DNA of 64,000 bases. Origin: Setoptus koraiensis (taxonomy: Eukaryota; Animalia; Arthropoda). The DNA is taken from positions 124,001 to 188,000 of the forward strand of contig CM106586.1 in NCBI GenBank assembly GCA_048013815.1, given 5' to 3'. Shown in pieces: positions 59,649 to 64,000 of the stretch (position 1 is the stretch's first letter; each line of letters begins with the position of its first letter). The notes beneath the pieces are model-generated. The model was not told where the DNA came from. It saw only the letters and a list, made by a program, of their open reading frames with translations, and ran no database searches. A program made the translations under genes and the position numbers.

Positions 59649-60304
59649 AACCATGGGCCTCTGTGCCATTATGGCTGATTTGAGAGTTGTCGTAGTGAGA
59701 TACTATTGTATCATAATGAGGTAAATTGATTGAATTATTGTGCTGCAATGGCGATTTTGACATTGAAGGCGATGTTGATGGTTTTTGTGATCCAGAATCA
59801 ATGTCGTTGAAAGTTTGATTATGGTAACAACAACTACCAAAAAGGAATTTATCTGAGCAAGTTCCTAAATGTTTACCTTCGGTTTTAATACAATCCCACA
59901 TAAACATACATGTTCCCTCTTCACCTACGGCATTCTTACATGGTTTTACACTAATCACTGTTATGGATGTACCTGAATTGAATTTATTTTTGTTTACAAA
60001 AGAGTGATCGTAAAGTTATCATTACTATTGAAGGGAGCGCTAAAAATATGTTAATCTTATAATAATGTGAATGTTGCGAATAATAACACAATTGTTACTC
60101 ACCGAGACCCTTGAAACAGTCTATCCAAGTAAGACTAGTCAAGCTAACAAGACAAATCAATATCAAAGTTGATCTAATTAACTGTCTCCAATTTCTACTG
60201 TGTTGCGGTGAGGAGTGTAGTCTATTTTTATATGAACAATGTAAATAATGTCCTCTTGTTGTAAAAATCAATATGCAGTTGTTGTCAACAGTTTTGTGAT
60301 CCAT
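59649..60304 (-). pseudogene. Sb: Truncated Stubble duplicate (exon 1 60304-60103 and 5' part of exon 2 59972-59649: signal anchor + clip domain, no protease); may be expressed
   Basis: Splice sites and frame are intact; 4 amino-acid changes (R>G, A>V, L>S, P>S) relative to copy 1. Read-through past the breakpoint ends HGCELIE* (stop 59632-59634), ~180 aa. Confidence 0.85.
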
Positions 60305-61470
60305 AATTGCTTTATTGTTACTAATTGACCTGGTTTAAAATGTTTTTTATGAGATAAATGTCATATATGATTTTTAGGTGCGAGTATAATAACTAAATAT
60401 AACAACAATAATAATACAGATCATCAATTCACTGACAAGATGCTTATTGATTTTTCTTTGGTTGCTTCTGACTTTGTGTGAGTTCAATCATAGAAATTTC
60501 TTCTTCCTAAGTCGTAAATTTTGCATAAATTCTTCTGCGTTCTTAAGATTAAGACTATTTAGATATAATATCTTTGCGAGGTAAACTATATGTTTGTTCG
60601 ACACACAAATGGGTCAAGTCATGGAAGTCTGGAAAAGGATAGGAGTTGCCCTCGTGGGCACCTAGAAAGTCTATTCAACTAGAAGCCATCGTGTCTATGT
60701 AATAAGTTTAGTATTTAAGTCTTGTTGTATGGACGAGTTGCATGTAAGCTTCAGAATATAAATGTTAAATGTTATCAAAGAGTAATACTCTCTTGTTTCT
60801 TTTCTTTTCTCTTTTCTTGATGATGTCAATGGTCAACGACGACTGTTCTAATGATTTGAATATGAAAAAGATTCTTCTCACTATGGAATGGTTTCACTAT
60901 TAATACATTGAACACAGTAACTACTACACAAGAACTGTTTATGTGCACCTGGTGTGGATATTATTATGATGACGATGATAATGATATGATCCAAGCTCAC
61001 TTAATGTCACTGTACTACAAACGTTTTCGTGAATGAGAAGAGAACTTCTCTTGTCAGTGGGATCTGAAGAAGAAGAAAAAACTTTCTTTAGTTGCAATGG
61101 TTAACATGTACAAGCAGGGTATAGAATTTTACTGTAACTTTAATACTGACAGTTTTAATGGTATGGTGAATAGTAAAAAGAGAAATCCACAACGGTTGAC
61201 CATGATACATTGACTCATTGCGGTCATTAGGACACATTTTACACTAAGTGGTATTACACCAAGGAATACATTCACTTGTGGTTAAATAAGGCAGCCAGCT
61301 CAGACAGTGAAAAAATATAACCGAGAAGCTTGCTGAAATCCCGTTGTCTGCTTCGACAGGTTGTGTCGAGGCAGACAATTCTATCTATGTAGGGCGATGT
61401 AGTTAGGGCGATACGCCCTAACTACATGACAACTATGATAATATGGACGAAACAAACAATGATGTTATGA

Positions 61471-61830
61471 TTACTCCTCTTTTTGTTCGTCATCATCTGG
61501 CGGATATAGATTGGGAAATTTGCTGAAGCATTCTTTCATGGCTTTAAAAAGAGGGTAGCAGCTTTCAGCATTGGCCATCTGTTCTTTAGTATCTAAATCT
61601 TGTGCCTTGTGAATACACGAAAAAGCCTCTCTGAACTCATAACCACATGGCCCGTAAGGCATCCCACCTAGACATGGACAGGACCAATTTAATTCTCCGT
61701 TAGGCAAAACAAGTCCTTTTCTTTGTTCACTAGGATCCAGAGGTGCCAATTGAATCCTAGACGGTTCTTCGTGGTCTTTTTTGAACGTAATGATAATCCT
61801 ATCCTTGCCTATCTGTTTGCATAGAGACAT
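61471..61830 (-). CDS. CHCHD4: Mia40/CHCHD4, copy 2 (intact, 119 aa)
   Basis: ATG at 61830. It differs from copy 1 by one synonymous change (CAT/CAC) and one K>N change near the C-terminus. Confidence 0.88.
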   Translation of the reverse strand: MSLCKQIGKDRIIITFKKDHEEPSRIQLAPLDPSEQRKGLVLPNGELNWSCPCLGGMPYGPCGYEFREAFSCIHKAQDLDTKEQMANAESCYPLFKAMKECFSKFPNLYPPDDDEQKEE

Positions 61831-62085
61831 CGCCTGTGCTCTATTTACGAATAGAAGCAAAACAATAGAGTTCTGAAAAATATTACGATTATTCCAAAAA
61901 CTAGACTTTAGTTGAGGTTTTTATATACCTTTTCTTGCTCAGCTTGATCAGGAGAGAAGATTTAGGCTATAGTCAGTTGGAATCTTCGGTACCTGGAAAG
62001 GAGGTTTACAGTAATGTCTGCTGAAATGCGACAAGGTTGAAATGCGACAGATCTCTCTCTGCGCACGGTCAGTGGGTTAAATTCA

Positions 62086-62100
62086 GCGGGAAATTTGAAT
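62086..62100 (+). promoter_or_regulatory. Possible composite E2F/CHR-like element GCGGGAAATTTGAAT
   Basis: An E2F-type GCGGGAAA overlaps a CHR-type TTTGAA, just before the gap. Motif match only; target gene unknown. Confidence 0.25.
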
Positions 62101-62112
62101 ATTGATCGTTTT

Positions 62113-62612
62113 NNNNNNNNNNNNNNNNNNNNNNNNNNNNNNNNNNNNNNNNNNNNNNNNNNNNNNNNNNNNNNNNNNNNNNNNNNNNNNNNNNNNNNNN
62201 NNNNNNNNNNNNNNNNNNNNNNNNNNNNNNNNNNNNNNNNNNNNNNNNNNNNNNNNNNNNNNNNNNNNNNNNNNNNNNNNNNNNNNNNNNNNNNNNNNNN
62301 NNNNNNNNNNNNNNNNNNNNNNNNNNNNNNNNNNNNNNNNNNNNNNNNNNNNNNNNNNNNNNNNNNNNNNNNNNNNNNNNNNNNNNNNNNNNNNNNNNNN
62401 NNNNNNNNNNNNNNNNNNNNNNNNNNNNNNNNNNNNNNNNNNNNNNNNNNNNNNNNNNNNNNNNNNNNNNNNNNNNNNNNNNNNNNNNNNNNNNNNNNNN
62501 NNNNNNNNNNNNNNNNNNNNNNNNNNNNNNNNNNNNNNNNNNNNNNNNNNNNNNNNNNNNNNNNNNNNNNNNNNNNNNNNNNNNNNNNNNNNNNNNNNNN
62601 NNNNNNNNNNNN
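62113..62612. other. Assembly gap (500 N)
   Basis: Run of N. Confidence 1.
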
Positions 62613-62949
62613 AAATACGCGCAATACCATAAGTGGTGCCATTTAAGACAAACATGACGATTAAAATGACCCAAGCGTAGCCAGAGTCGACATTTTTCAT
62701 TTCATTCATTGCGTCATCATTGTTTGCAGTGGCCATTTCCAATGATTTTGTTACATCAATATCACTATCAATGCTATCGGCCATTTTTCGCTTGCAATCC
62801 CAAATTGGTTGCACGTTATAGGTCGTGGTTGTTCTTATTCTGTTTGTCGTTTCATCGTTGTCGCCATCTGTACCTTGCTCGTTTGTCATATTTATGGTGC
62901 TTGAGATAGAATTGACACAACAGTGTCCCCTGTATTTTGTTTCCGACAT
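62613..62949 (-). CDS. 5' part of an SLC16/monocarboxylate-transporter-like MFS protein (runs into the gap)
   Basis: ATG at 62949. A hydrophilic N-terminus leads into VDSGYAWVILIVMFVLNGTTYGIAR, matching the SLC16 TM1 motif (D.G[WY][GA]WV). Confidence 0.75.
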
Positions 62950-64000
62950 GAATCACTATTTCAATTCACTATTCACAAGCAACCTTTAATATGTTCTTTT
63001 TGCTTTTAAGTTTGTTAGTCTGGCGCTTATAATGAGGCCCGTACAAGCTCGCGCTAAAAATCTACGCAGGCACTTAGATGATTCGCAAAAGTTTGATTTC
63101 TACCAATCCGATCAAACACTTGTTTCACTAATGCTACTATTGAAACTACCAAATTACTACTCGATGAAACTCATTCAAGCCGTCATTGATTGATTTTGTC
63201 AATTTGTATTTGTCTTTCGCCTTTGCTTTTGCTTTACTCTCATTTAACACATTGCTACCTGTCCACCAATCAGCTGTTTAGTTCTTTGTCAAGACAGTTA
63301 AGCTGGCTGGTGGGTGAACCAATTGAATAGAACATAAGCTCTATTACTGAGTCGCAGATGCAATATGTATTACCTGTATGAACAAAATTTGCTAGACAGC
63401 GGCAATCAAATAAGACCTAATAGCAGTGATAGACTCAATCTCAGATACTTTGATGAGATTCAATTTAGACACGATTTTGTTAGTTGGTTTGTTTGTTTCA
63501 AACGGCTCGAAAACTAAACCAATTATCGCTGATTAGGTTTAATTCATTTTCGATTCGACCATGATCTTTTGAGTGCTTTTGTAGTGAATTGATGTTATTA
63601 TTAGCAATGTGAGTTGATTATGATAATGTAAAAAGTTGTTACAGTTATTGTGCTACTGTATGGTCGTCAAAGATTTAATATATACAGATACAACTATTGA
63701 AACAAATTATACGACAACACACATGCTTGTCTGCCTGGTGAAATACTACTGTAATCATCAGTTATAACCTTGGCCTTGGACTTGGCCATGATTGTTGTTG
63801 ATTTGTCTGCCAATGAAGGACCGGAAAACAGAGAAGAAAATATTCAAATTGTTTGTGCAATGCAATACAATTGCAATCAAAAGTCAAGCGTCTAGTGTGT
63901 CTGGTGTGTATAGTCACTATATTCACTATAGTGTCAGGTGACTAATGATTGATGATTGGAGGTGACAAATATGATCAATGATACAATAATGCATCTATGT

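Larger units (their letters stand above)
59649..61853. repeat. Recent rearranged segmental duplication: 59649-61391 copies 50622-52346 and 61408-61853 copies 54582-55044
   Basis: Near-identical direct copies, ~99% by eye. Differences include a 17-bp insertion at ~61005-61021, a 21-to-4 nt replacement near 61449, and scattered substitutions. The intervening ~2.2 kb of the original is absent. Confidence 0.95.

Overview
Eukaryotic (arthropod) genomic DNA with two 500-N scaffold gaps (33528-34027, 62113-62612). Intronless housekeeping genes, introns of about 100-140 nt and abundant CAA-type low-complexity sequence suggest a compact-genome mite such as an eriophyoid; this is inference only. The first ~38 kb is gene-poor and microsatellite-rich. 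It carries the signal-peptide first exon of an unidentified gene (4.8-5.5 kb) and a large secreted Gln/Gly/Ser/Tyr-rich low-complexity protein (8.7-10.6 kb). From ~38.5 kb the region is gene-dense: SMC6 (with a decayed inverted fragment of itself just upstream), an orphan secreted poly-lysine protein, a miniature Draper/CED-1-like receptor, ORC2, a six-exon Stubble clip-serine protease (one probable GC-AG intron), Mia40/CHCHD4, a full-length PheRS-alpha reading frame with two in-frame stops, a divergent group-I PAK kinase, and the 5' end of an SLC16/MCT-like transporter. A ~99% identical rearranged duplication (59649-61853) copies the Stubble 5' end and Mia40, with a fold-back templated insertion at its internal junction. 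Its left breakpoint falls exactly on a GTGAGT splice donor that is in phase with an acceptor directly in front of the PAK ATG, so a Stubble-clip::PAK chimeric transcript is possible.
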